Positions 49,314-61,971 of a stretch of DNA of 64,000 nt are shown here, one piece after another. Origin of the DNA: Amphiscolops sp. MND2022 (lineage: Eukaryota); assembly GCA_964187785.1 (NCBI GenBank), contig OZ076409.1:83578001-83642000 (forward strand), in the 5' to 3' direction. A program made the translations under genes and the position numbers. How positions within the stretch are numbered: the first letter of the stretch is position 1; the number at the start of each line of letters is the position of its first letter. Under the pieces are notes generated by a model. It saw only the letters and a list, made by a program, of their open reading frames with translations. It was not told the DNA's origin and did no database searches.

Positions 49314-51524
49314 TGTCACAGTCCGCTCCCGGACTGGGTTGCGGATGTACACGAGTGGGATTTGGTAGAGGTCATGGTTGCACATCAAAACTGCCCAGGT
49401 GGTACTTTAGATTTTAAACTCAGACTCTAACGAATAAACTGTGACTTGAAAGGAAGTGTTTTGCCTAAATTTAAAAGTCTAAAATGAAAATGAATGCCAA
49501 AATTAAACCGAGTAAAATGATTTCACACATTTTCGCTAAGACGTTTAAGCTACGTCAAAAAAAAGTATATTCTCAACCTGAAATCTAGTTTAAAACTAAT
49601 CATCAAATTACCACCATGGACTAATCTAAATAGAAATTACGGTCATGATTATCTCCAAATTAAGAGCATACGCAGATATAAAACAGAAAATACATTTGAG
49701 ACGCACATTAGAGAAATTACGCCTTTCTGAGAAAAGGCTGCATAATCGTTCTTTGAAAAGCAATTAATGCAAATTGAGACAAATACATGTCCTCAAGTAA
49801 ACAAATATGACCGCGGCAGCTAATATCGTTACGGCTGTGACGTCACCACTACGTCACTATTATGGCAGCTAGCTAGCTTTCACTCCAAATCTTGGTCCAT
49901 ACTACGTCACAGCTACGGTAGCTAGCTAGATAGCTCTTCAAATTTTAGTCAACGCTGGGTAACATATTTATAAAAGAGGTATTTGGACGGTATTAAACTT
50001 ACAAGTCTATCATTTAAATAAACTTAACCGAAATTTAGTCTGAAATGTCGTTGTCCTACTCTAGTGGTCGGAAAACATCTAGAGCATATGTCTACAGCGT
50101 ATTAAGAGAGGGAGGAAAAGCGTTTAAACGGGAATTAGAAATTATTTTTTAATGCATGAATCCTAAGTTGAAAAAACTCCTGCACCACATTATCGGAAAG
50201 TCACAGTTTATTGATATAATGAAATACAGTGAACATATTTTTGTATTATATGGATATTTTTGCACTTTTGTCTTTGTGTTTGATTCTCATGCCCATCCTA
50301 CTATGTTATCTGCCCATGTTGACGTCGTTACGTCGTCATTCAATTAGTGTGTCTGTTGGATATTTTACAATAACCATTTCTGATGTTCTGTTGTCAAATA
50401 GATATTGTTTGTTGCTACTTGTTTGAACTTGGATTATCACCACTTGTTGTGATGTATGTTGCGCAATAATAACGCTATTCACCAAAGATGTTTTTTCTTT
50501 ATTAATTTGCCCGTTTTGTAAACATTTGAAAGTTGACTGTTGGATTTAACTAAATGAGGGATTTAAATGAGTGAAGCGATTAAATCCTGGTATCATCATC
50601 GTGCTCTCGCATTCTCTCCTAACATCATTCGCACAATCATTTTTAGAAATTATTCACTTCTTCCTTCTAGTTGAAATTCAAAATCAGGCATTATTTGTCG
50701 ACGTCAGCGTCATTTTCCCGCGAACCGAAGTAGTAAAACAGGGAAAACTTTCCGTTTTGATTGACTTAAGTAAAATCTACATACTGCTTGGGAGGAAACA
50801 AACGGACGCCGGTACGAATTGATATGATCATGTTTGGTGACTAATACTATGTTCAAGATTTCGTGTCCTGAAATTCGACGAGATGACGCAATTTGGGAAC
50901 CAAAATGAATTTTACTCCTAAAATACAGGAAATGACTAATTGTTTGAGGAAAATTTAGGCACGCAATCGTGATCAAATTATGCTAAGAGGGTTTATATAT
51001 ACCTTATACTCTGAGTCTTTTGCTCGCGAAGAACACAGTTAATCTGTAAACTTGCTTCTCGATCTCTAATTTGCCTTTGTTGAAACTTTCAAATCAAAAT
51101 ATCAACTCAAAAGCGCAAAATTCCGAATGTTTTCAGCAAGATGTCGACAAGAAGCCAGAAAAGAAGAAATAAATAAACAGAAAACCATTTAAAATGTGAG
51201 TGAAGGTTTCGTTTCTCCAGTTTTGGTTGAAAATGTATCTCCGAACAAATCTCGGGTCCCCTAAAGCCAAGTAACCTAGAATGGAAAGTTGCGTCTTAGA
51301 AAGTTTGAGAGCTTCCTTAAAGGAAGAGAAAACTTCTGAAATCAAAGATCTACTATTGGAATCCCAGAGAGCAATGCTGAAATTGCTAAAACCTAAATCA
51401 GGAGAAGACATGAGAGAAGAAGATGAAAAGACCTTAGAAGACGAAACTAGGAATTTCTACACCACTACGAGATCAGTAAGAATTAGTTCAACTCAAAATA
51501 ACGACCCATGTACAATTCGTAACA
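49314..51524 (+). mobile_element. Solo-LTR-like repeat (~2.2 kb)
   Basis: TGTCACA...CGTAACA ends; flanks atata / aaata; colinear diverged similarity to 59967-61971; orientation inferred only from the ORF remnant 51281-51524. Confidence 0.65.
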
Positions 51525-51957
51525 AAATATACACTGTGCATCCGACATGTACTCGTCTACTCGAGTGAGGTTTATACCCAATGCGACGCTGACCTAGTGA
51601 CTCACAAGAACAACAAGGGATGATCCGTTTGATGTTTCGAACATGTTGCTTTTTTGCCGCATCGAACAAGTCTCAAAACTCAATATGAACAAATTCAGTA
51701 TTGACTGTAGAAACCAACTCTGGTGGTTTGGACATTTTGAAAGACGCGAGAGTGAGCACCCAATTTCAATCCGTTTGTTGAAGGACGACGTTCACCATGA
51801 CGGCCTAGGAAAAAAGCATCGACGAGTTGCTCAAAAAACGAGGGTTGCGCCCAGACGACGCACTGGACAGAGACCACTTGCGCTTGTTAATTCAGCGATG
51901 CCCCTCCAAACCCAGTCGACTGGGACAACAGCGGAAATGATGATTGTGATGAATTGT

Positions 51958-52679
51958 AACATGACGAGAACGTCTAATGTCGGCGCTATATCTAAGGCTC
52001 AAAAAGGTCAAAGGTTTTAAAATTGTACAAGGGGGACCCTTTGGGCCTTTTGAAAATCCACTTGTGCTTGATAAGACCACTTGCGCTTGATAAGACCACT
52101 TGCGCTTGTTAATTCAGCGATGCCCCTCCAAACCCAGTCGACTGGGACAACAGCGGAAATGATGATTGTGATGAATTGTTAGATGACGGGAACGTCTGAT
52201 GTCGGCGCTATATCCAAGGCTCAAAAAGCTCAAAGGTTTTAAAATTGTAAAATTTGGACCCTTTGGGAAAATATGTTTCGAAAATAAACAAAAAACGAGA
52301 ATTTTGAAACAGTCTCATAGAGTCGAAATACTTAAAAGGGGGAAACTTTGGTGTTTTTGGCACTTTTGTTTGCTGTAAAGTATCAAAAAACTTGAAGGGG
52401 GACACTTTGAAGGCCAAACAAACTTCGAAAAAAATCACACTGTGCCGAATAAATACTGAAAGAGGACCCTTCAGTCTCGTCCGCTTTCGCAAATGCTCGA
52501 AAAAGTTTCTGGCTAAAGCAGGGACTCGAACCCGCGACCGCTGGGTTCACCGTAAACCGCATAAAGTCTTTAGTAAAAAGTGGTACATAAACGATGAGGT
52601 CTGTGTTCTGACGAAAAAAAGAGAAAAAAATCTAGCCGTATAAGTTGGGCTCTTTTTACTAGAAAAGCGCCGACTAAAA
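51958..52679 (-). mobile_element. HINE family 1 copy (52180-52679) plus duplicated 3' end and flank (51872-52060)
   Basis: atgacgggaacgtctgatgtcggcgc ... gaaaagcgccgactaaaa; the ~85-bp flank plus element end occurs twice. Confidence 0.75.
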
Positions 52680-53004
52680 TTGTGCCCGAGTACTGCAATG
52701 GCAGGTTTTTCGTTGGGTGCAATGACCTAACACAATGGTCCACTCTTTCGCTTAAATTCAATAAGTTCATTCATGGGATTCGAAATCTCGGTGGATGGTA
52801 AATAACGTCCAAACGTTTTGTCAATAAATAACGTCAAAGAATACAGCCACGGTCACATACTTCCAGTTCGCTAAATGAAGGGACAAAGCGGAGCGAAGTG
52901 CCATTACGGCTTTAGCGACTATTTTTGATCAAAGTCGACCTGGAGTTGTGCAAAATGCCCCAGGGAAGGACAAAGGCTGTGTCGTACTTCAAATGTTTCA
53001 ATCG

Positions 53005-53770
53005 TTTTTTAGTCGGCGCTTACCGAAGAATCAATAATAGCAGTGGCTTTTATAAGACCAGCGAAATGACAAATTTTGTAGGCATATCTACATGTCAACT
53101 TAGTAACTTGTAACTGCCACTTGGTCTAGAGGTTAACCCGGATTTTCTGAAGTCTGAGAAGCAGGGGTGTTTGGGTTTGAGCCTCGCAGTAAACCAAATA
53201 TTTTTTGTGCCTCTAAAAATAGATATGAGACCAAAAGGTGATTTTTTGGTACTCTGCATCTTTTCCTCTGAAAAATTTTAAACCGAAAGAGCCCCTTTTA
53301 GTTTTTAGCAGAAACAAGCGTTTTACTAGCATAGAAGGCCACCATTGATATTTTCGGCACAATGCTCTTGAACGAACAAATTTTAAAACACAATTTTTGG
53401 TTTTTGAAGTATTCAGTAACTAACTCATTTCCGAGTCCTAAGGGTGACCTGTTTGAATATTTTTTGGTCGTGTGGAACGGATGATTGTGAACGTTTTTTG
53501 GCACTGAGACTTTTCCTTGGAAATCATTTTTTTGGTCACCCAGTTTCCCCTTCACCTTCATGATTGTTTTCAGCTGGAAAAAAGTGCATTGTTTCTTTTC
53601 AGGCACAGTGAGACTTTTATCGGGAGAAAAAAATTTTCGAAAAAACAATTTCAAGTAGTTGGGTTTTTGGATGTTTCGATTTGGGGAAAAGCGGATTCAT
53701 GTCTTGTGCGTATTCCTTTAGTGGAAAAACTTGAGCGGGCGCCAACTTGGGCCATTCCTAACGGCTTTTA
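53005..53770 (+). mobile_element. Old, diverged HINE family 1 copy
   Basis: ttttttagtcggcgctt 5' end; ttggtctagaggttaac...gggtttgagcctcgc module; 3' gggcgccaacttgggccattcctaacggctttt. Confidence 0.6.
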
Positions 53771-54420
53771 CTTTTGTAAATTACCTTTCTTTGGAATATA
53801 ATTGCTATAAATAGTGTTTCACGTTATTTCTAGCTGGTTTTGGAGGTTAGTTTTTTTTCAACCAAAGGCTCTATGTTGGCATAGTCTACATATTGAAGTA
53901 AACTCAATCTTCACAGGCTCTGTCTTGCTTCTCTTGAATGTTTTCAGTGAGAGCAAAAAGTTTTCTCTGCCTTTGTTGAACTTTTTACATGTACTTTAAT
54001 GTTGCCAGCTACTTTTATTATGATTTTCTAAATATCTTACGGAAACTTTAATGCGTTGATATTTCCCTGTTCCTGTTGTCGCCAACTTTTATCAAAGTGC
54101 TTTAAAGAGTCATCAAAGCTTTGGCGGCAGGCCTGCAGCATGTAAAATGTTCCAGCAGTCTCAACTAGGGTGAGCTCAAAAGGTTGTCAATTCAAATTTT
54201 TTCGACTCTGTGAGATTTCACAAAAATCGATGAGCTTTGATGGTCAGAGAAATGCTTTGATGGAGGAAAATAAAATCACCAATTGGATTTATATTTAAAA
54301 AAGGATCTCTCGAAACGTTTCTATTCTTCATGACTTGGCTTCAACAAATACTACTGTACCACGACAGAAAAAACAATCTAATCGAAAAAATTACCTAAAA
54401 GGGTGCTAAATGTTTGCAAT

Positions 54421-54878
54421 GGTGAGGCAACGATTGAGTCCCAAAACGAATTGAATCCCAATACAAATTGAGTCCCAAATGCAAAAAGCGTCAATTGAGT
54501 CCCGCGACTATTGAGTCTCAAATAAAATATTTTGATGACTTACCAAATGCCGACAATTGAGTCCCAAATGTAAAAGCGACAATTGAGTCCAAAATAAATT
54601 GTTTGGCATAGTATTGGAAATCATTCATGATTGAAATTTACCAATTAGCTTCACATCACTTTTATTTCAATAATAATTATCAAGTACATTGGTAGAAGCA
54701 ATCAAGTATATTGGTCGGTAAATTATACAAACGTCTTGCTAAATAAGCAAGAATTAGCACTAAACTTTATTCTAAAGGATTTGAATCATTTGGGACTCAA
54801 TTGTCGACCCCCTAATTTTAATTCATTTTGGGACTCAATTGTCGCTTTCTGCATTTGGGACTCAATCGTCCATTTCCC
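54421..54878. mobile_element. 458-bp MULE-like (foldback-type) MITE
   Basis: 9-bp TSD gtttgcaat / gttttcaat; TIRs with acgattgagtcccaaa; arrays of aattgagtcccaaa on the left and tttgggactcaatt on the right. Confidence 0.8.
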
Positions 54879-55661
54879 GTTTTCAATGAATAAGAATGTT
54901 TTCGTAAACCTCTTGGATCAGATCATCTTGCGGCAATGACACTTGATTTCATTTCAAGAAAGGTTTCGTTCTCACTGTGCCGAAACACTGCACGAAATAC
55001 CCACTAGAAAACAATGAGTGATAATTACACGCGATATTACGTTCTGGTTGCCAATTTTTACCGAATCCGTTCAAACAACCAACGAGCAACTGCTGGACGT
55101 AGAAAACATTTCTTACAATATTCATCAGATTAAAAACTTGTAGCCACTCGTTTTGATAGATAAAACTCAGTGAAAGAGAAATGACCAGGAATAAATGTTT
55201 GGAGTAGCACACAATCTAGTTACTACTATAAACCATAAACTATCAGTGATTCATTATTAGATCAATTTGCATAGTTTTAAAAACCGAAATTGTAGATAAC
55301 AACGATTCTCTTCCCTTTTGTAACCCTGGAAGACACGAAGGTGAACATTAGAAAAGTGTCGCGTTATTTTGGTCACGCCATTAACGCACATCTTCATATG
55401 TTTTCCTGGAAATGGTTTTCCAATAATGTGAAAGTCGCGGGCATCTTACCATTTTCCAAGAAGTTTTGTGAAGTTTTCAATTGAAGATCATCTAGATATC
55501 GATACTTACAACGGCTAGTCCATCTAATGGCTAAAAAGCTCAAATTACTTTCGTTTACCCCGAAAAGAAATTTTCACAGTTCAATTACATGGTTTGTTTT
55601 GATTCAAAAAAACTAACTCTATTGCTCTTTTTGATCGTGGTCAAAAAAGGGTTGCAGAAGC

Positions 55662-55768
55662 TTTTTGCACATGACGAAGTCAATGTGCATTGCAGTCCAG
55701 CTAACTAAGTTTTTTTTGCACATGACGAAGTCAATGTGCATTGCAGTGCAGCTAACTAAGTTTTTTTT
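55662..55768. repeat. ~54-bp direct tandem duplication
   Basis: ttttgcacatgacgaagtcaatgtgcattgcagt.cagctaactaagttttt twice. Confidence 0.9.
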
Positions 55769-55817
55769 CCACAATAGCCAACTTCATAATGAGCGCCTTT
55801 TAGATAAAAGCCAAAAC

Positions 55818-55886
55818 CCCAGAGAGATTCGAACCTGCAGCCTCCCGATTGCACGGCATAAGTGTTGATCACTGTGCCATAGGGAC
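55818..55886 (-). mobile_element. tRNA-derived (SINE-head-like) sequence, not a functional tRNA
   Basis: rc: tccctatggcacagtgatcaac...gggaggctgcaggttcgaatctctctgg; A-box-like and B-box motifs but stems do not pair fully. Confidence 0.5.
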
Positions 55887-58800
55887 GTTATTGAACAAAG
55901 TTGAACTGTTGAATATATACGCATGCGATTAAAATAATATATACGCATATTAAAATAACCGATGTCTTCGTCATGTGTTGCGAAGCACCGCTTCGCCTCT
56001 GTGTTAAAAATTATCACTGGATTCCAATCCAAGATTACTAACAGTGCTTTATTCGTCATGCTAACTAAAAATTTGCATGCAATGAATTAGAAGCAGCTAT
56101 CGACTCATTCACTTAAAGCTTTTCCAGCAACTGTTTGGTGCGCAATAATGTCGAAAAAGGACAAAACAAAACTCACGAGTTCAAGCAACAGAAAAAATTC
56201 ATTTTTTAGACTCACGTATTTCTGGCTAAAAATGTATAACCCAATCATGGTCAGTCAAATATCTTCGTTCTTACCTATATCCAATTTGAAGTCAAAGTCA
56301 TTCGTAAAAAATATTTGCGAAAAGCAAAAATCAATTAATTCATTTTTCCTTTCGAAACTAGATTGAGTCTGTTGATGCTGTAGTACTACACCATTTTCAA
56401 AACTCTTTCTGTTTTGTTTCACTGGCATCACAAACAGTTAAGTAACATCATTCGAAAAACAAATTAAATGGGCACTCAAAATAAATTTTGATAGCAAGAA
56501 ACGAGATTTTCCGTTTGATTCAAAAGTTGAAATCATATATAACCAATTCCCTTTTTTTCAGCAAGATGAAAACTCTGTTCACGAAAGTTTGCAAAAATCA
56601 ATAACATGCTCTCAAAAAAGTTTTACACCAGCAGAAAAAAAATGACTTCTAATTCAATCTCGAAACTTCAACTAAAATGTTTGTCTAAAGACATCTTGTT
56701 CCAATAACTGTCTGCTGGTCGCACAATGAAAGGTGAAATCAGCCAATTTTCATTTCTTTCAGCTACGAAATGACAGCTCACAATCTCAACAACATTCTTG
56801 CCATAAGTTAACTCGACTGCAGATCAGATACATGTAACAAAGTCTAAAATGAAGGGTTTTTTGCCTCTGATCAGAGGAAGAACTCTCATGAAACGAAAAT
56901 GCCTACAAAATGCACGCTGTAAAAGCCACAATTGGGTAATTCATCTTAAGCTTCTACCCACCAACATACATTCAATGGCCAAATTGTAAACACGAATAAA
57001 CAAACTCTCATTACTGTACAGCTTTGACAACAATCAACTCTTTACGCTGTTTTTCTAGTTCATTTGGATCTTCAAATTATAATTCTTAACAGTAAAAAGT
57101 TTTGTTTCAAAGTTGATTCTCAAGGGTGAGAACAAGACGAGCCATCAGGCTCTTTTATCATCCTAATTGGATATCATCGTTTTCTTGTTTCAATTCTTCG
57201 TTTGGGTGATACATCATAGAATGAATCCAATCAAATTAAATTAACTTTTCTTTCCGTAAAACCCACGTGAAACATCATTCCCTCGGAAGGTTTTGTTTGA
57301 ACTTCAATTTTGCCAATGATAGATATGTACCGTGAACAGATTTAAAACATTATGAGTCCTAGTTCGTGTATCGTGTGTTCAATCTTCTTAATATTTCATT
57401 TCATTTCACCCTTCTTTTCATTTCACTTCATATGAAGTATTTCATTTCACCCTTTCAATAACGTTTTTTCACTTAGGAGTTCTTTTGTAACTGTCTCTAG
57501 TTTCATTCAAAAATTGAATAGAAGTGATTGTTTGAAAGCGGCTATATGTGACAGGGGACTATAATTTAGGTACTTTATAAGATAATTCCTAATTAGTATT
57601 TAGATAATTACTCCGGCCAACTTGAGTCTGTCACACCGTCGAAAAAAGCAAGAGATCAAGTTGGATTGCTCATGTAAAAGTTATTCATGATTCTAAGTTT
57701 TGTAATCTTTCGAAATACAAAAGTTATTGCCACTGGAAGCTATCCTTTTCAAAAATTAATTGGTAAATAAACTAAGCTACAGTGCTACTGCTCCTGTCGT
57801 AAAAAATGTTTCTCAATGAAATGTTTCAATTTTCCAGGAGTCGTCCCCAAACTTTTTGCTAGGGACTTCTGTTGGTACATTTATTATGTTTATTTAAAAC
57901 GTTCATCAAAAAATGTCTTGCTTTTTCTGTTTTCCTCCTCAATCAGTTTCGGCAAAAATCTGATGCCTGGGAATTTTTTTGGAAGGTTCGTGCATTTATT
58001 TTTCCAAAAGAGACCAATTTCAATCTTTTGTTATTTTTCGACGCATGGTTGTACAGCTTTAAAAAATTCCAGAACGTTATACAAAAGAAAGTTATCTCAA
58101 AATCAGACTAACAAAACAAGCGTGGATATTAATTGTATGTGAATTGAATTAGAAACAACCATTTTTTGACGTTTTTGTTGTTGAATTTGATTGACTAGAA
58201 ATTGAAAGATTTGCATATATTGTTTTTGAAGAATATCAAAAGAGTCAATGGTCTATGATGAATGCCTTGATTCTTCAACTCATACTCCTGCTGAAAAAAT
58301 TTTGTTTTGAATCGTTCTGGTTAGTTGAGCTTTCCTTTAGTTTTCTTTTTCTTTAAACTTTGAAAAATCTTAGCTTCTATTTTCCTAAAATTTCTGCCTT
58401 CAACTACTGGGACTACTGAAAGTCTACTATTGAATTTCAAATTGTCCACTTGGCCTACTGCTTAGCGCATGTGGCGAGGAAGCAGGAGTAGATGGTTCGA
58501 ACCCCGCGCAGGAATGTTTTTTTTCTCACATTTGCATAGGCAGACGAGAAGAGAAGGCCTCCTGTCGGTGTTTTCTCAACAATTTCCGACCTTTTTCGTT
58601 TTTTTCATTTCAAAGAGTCTTCCCTCCGGTTTTTGAATGTTCTCGTCAAGACAACAAGGGCTGCCGGTCCGAAGGACTTCCACTTCATATAAATTTAGTT
58701 AATTATATAATTGTAACTTTTTGTAACGTTGAATAATATAATTACTCTCGTATTTTTTTATTTAAATTACTTGATTCCACAAATGGCCTCACGTTCAAGA

Positions 58801-59966
58801 TTTCAATGTTTTCAATTGAGAAAAGTTTTTTTTCCTAGGAACATCTTTTTAATTTTTTTTAGTAAAATTTTTTAGACGATAATTTTCTTTTAGTTTTTCT
58901 TTTTCATTTAATTGAGTCTCCTCACTCTCCAATTTAATCCCGAAAAACTCAACCACTGTGTGTCTTGTATGAGCAAAATCCAGGCTTTCACTGTACGAAA
59001 AAGAAACGAAAAACATGAACTGTTGATGGCGAGTCAGTTCAGTTTACTGGCTATTTCTATTTCGAACATTCTCGTATTATTGGTATAAAGTACAGTAGAG
59101 ATATAAATGTAGAGGTGTCACTCACTTTTCAATGCGTCTGTTCTTCGCTAGGTGTGTCCGTTGTAAAGTCGCTCCCCGGTATTCTCGCTTTTTCATCTAT
59201 CGTTATAGCAATCGCTAACTGATCTCTTCTTGTATTTGGTACGGCAGAATTTGATGGCAGATACACCAATAGCATCTTTGACTTTTTATTGGTTGTCATC
59301 ATTTTATTGGCATTAAAACTCTTATAACAGCTCTGAGAAATTGTTTAAAACGACCATCAAGTCTGTTTGTCAACAACAAAACCGCACACTTTGCACCTTT
59401 GATTCACACCTCAAAGCTTCCAACACTTTTGGTGAGAACGCCCTCTTTAAGAATTTACAATGCAAAATGATCACGTGTGAATTTTTCAGTTTTCGTTCCG
59501 TGATGAAACTGTTCTGAAGGCAGTTCACTGTTTTTGGCTGTTCATTTTTCAAGGAAACATTTTCCGGAAAGGAGTTCAATATAAAAAAAGAACGATGTCA
59601 AATCTTCAGAAATAGTCGAGGTATATTTTTCTTATGACAAGAAGTGTTTGAGACATTTAGTAATACAGTACAGAAGTTTCCAAAATTCTTGGAAATGAAA
59701 AATGACATAAATGTTGAACTCTTATTCGATTTCGAAACCAAAAAACGGTGAAAATCTCGATCAAACTTTGAGTGACTTATGCTCCCGAGACTTGTTTGTA
59801 AAATGAGAACATCAAACGAAAAACACTTCATTGAAAATTTTCGTAGGCCTTCGTAGGCCGAATCAAGTGCCTTTAGTTTTTTGGTACTTTTGAAAAGCTA
59901 AGTGTATTGAAAACCATAAAATCGGCACTTTTTGGGACCTTTATCATTAAAAAATGAAATAGTTCT

Positions 59967-61971
59967 TTTTACAGTCCGCGCTCGGACTGGTTTGTGGGTG
60001 TGCGAGAAAAGGAATCGGAAGAGGCCACGGATGCAGCTCAAGGCTCCCAAAGTGGGTTTCAACTTTTGTGGAACAAACTTGCTGAACAAATAAAATAAAT
60101 TGTGACTTGATGATTTAACTACTCTCAGACGGATGCCAAAATTGAACGCATCAAAAACGACAAATGAACACCCACTGAAATGAACACGCACATTAAAAGA
60201 ATTACGCCTTTCTGAGAAAAGTCAGCTTAATTTCCCTTTGAAAGGCAATTAATTAGTTCTGACGGCAGAACTACGTCACTATAACGGCAGCTAGCTAGAT
60301 TTCATTCCAAATCGTTGTCAATACTACGTCACAGCTACGGCAGCTACGGAAGCTACAACAGCTACGGTGTTAAATTTGAAAGATTTGCTGTTTTAACAAG
60401 GAAATACAAGACAAAACTGATTTAAACTGCGTCAATACAACGCCAATTATTGAGGAAAATTAAGTAAGACTACATTTTTTTACGTCTCAGATGCGTCAAG
60501 TATTAGGAGGAACTAAATCTATTTGCATTCTACGACCGTTCTTTGTCGGATAGGGATGAAATTATTCACGAAGCTTGGGATAATCTAAACGCTTGAATTA
60601 AGGGAATGTTTGAACGTTCTATGAATGAGAGTGACAGTTTATAAAAACATAACAGTGTAATAAATGTATTTTTTATTACCGAGAATACTTTCATATATTT
60701 ATACTTTTACACTCAACCTCCTTTACTGAGCTTGTGATATTACTTGTTTACATTGACCTTCGTCACCATCGTCACCTGGCTTGAGGCCAATTCGTAAATG
60801 TTTTGCCATGACCATTTTGATACCTGTTGCTAAATGAAATCGTTTGTAGTTACCCGTCTAAAGGTGTTTTTCCACCTGCTCTGCGCAGTTCTAACAATAT
60901 TCGTTAAAGGTGTTACAGTTCCTGTGATAATAATTAGTTTGTAAATGTTGACGTTGCTTTGACGAATGATTTCTATGCTTAATTAAGTGACCGATTTATT
61001 TGAAGGAAACAACCAAAATTCTGTGTTTCGTCATGCTCTCGTTCCCTCTTAGCATCATTCAGAAAACTTTTTGAAATAGTCACCATTTCCATTAAGTTGA
61101 AATTCAAAATCAAAGTACTAGTTGTTCACGTCAGCGTTAAATCTGCGTCAAATTTCCCGCGAACCAAAGCAGTAAAACAGGGAAACATTTCCGGTCTGAC
61201 ATACTAAAATAAAGTCTATTTCCTGCTTGCGAGGAAATAAAAAGACGCCGGAGTGAAATGATATGATCATGTTCGAAGACTACTACTAGATTAAGATCTT
61301 CGTGTCTTAGAAATTGACGAAGCGTCGACGCAAGTTGGGGATTAGACTGAAGTTTTCGTTCGAAATACAGGAAATGACTAATTGTTCAAGGAAAGTTTAG
61401 GGATACACTCGTGATCAAATGATGCCAGGATGGTATATACATTTAAATTTCTAAACAGAGGGACTCAGTCTTTTTGCGTTTGAATGAAACGGTTGATTTT
61501 GTAAGTCTACAACTCACCCTTTGCCTTGCCTTTGATACAAAACTTTGTAATCTAAACATCAAATCAAAATATCAAAACTAAATTTCTTCATCCAGATGTC
61601 GGATGTTGACCAGGAACCAGAAGGGAAAGAATAATCAACAGGAGAGCACCAAAACATTAGTGAAATTGCGATATTCCCAGTTTTGGCCGAAAATATAGAT
61701 TCAAGAGACCAAGACGCAGTAGCTGCGGGGCCATCCTCTGCCAAATCACCTAGGGTTGAAAATAGCGCCCTACAGGAACTTAGGGAAAAAAGAAATAGCT
61801 TCTGAGGTAAAGGGTCGTCTGGCCGAGACCCAAATGGAGCTATTGAAATACTGAAACCGAAAGTAGCTGATAACGTCAGAGGACAAGATGAATCTAGAAA
61901 TTTCTACACTCCTACAAGATCTTTTAGAATTAATTTCACTCAAAACGAAGATACGAACATAAGTCGTAACA
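59967..61971 (+). mobile_element. Second solo-LTR-like repeat (~2.0 kb)
   Basis: ttttacagtccgc ... gtcgtaaca; flanks gttct / attct (5-bp TSD, one mismatch); homologous to 49314-51524. Confidence 0.65.

Noticed and set aside
58450..58515. Possible tRNA gene (tggcctactgcttagcgc...ggttcgaaccccgc)
   Set aside because: A/B-box-like motifs only; no complete cloverleaf could be folded; resembles the repeat-borne tRNA-like modules
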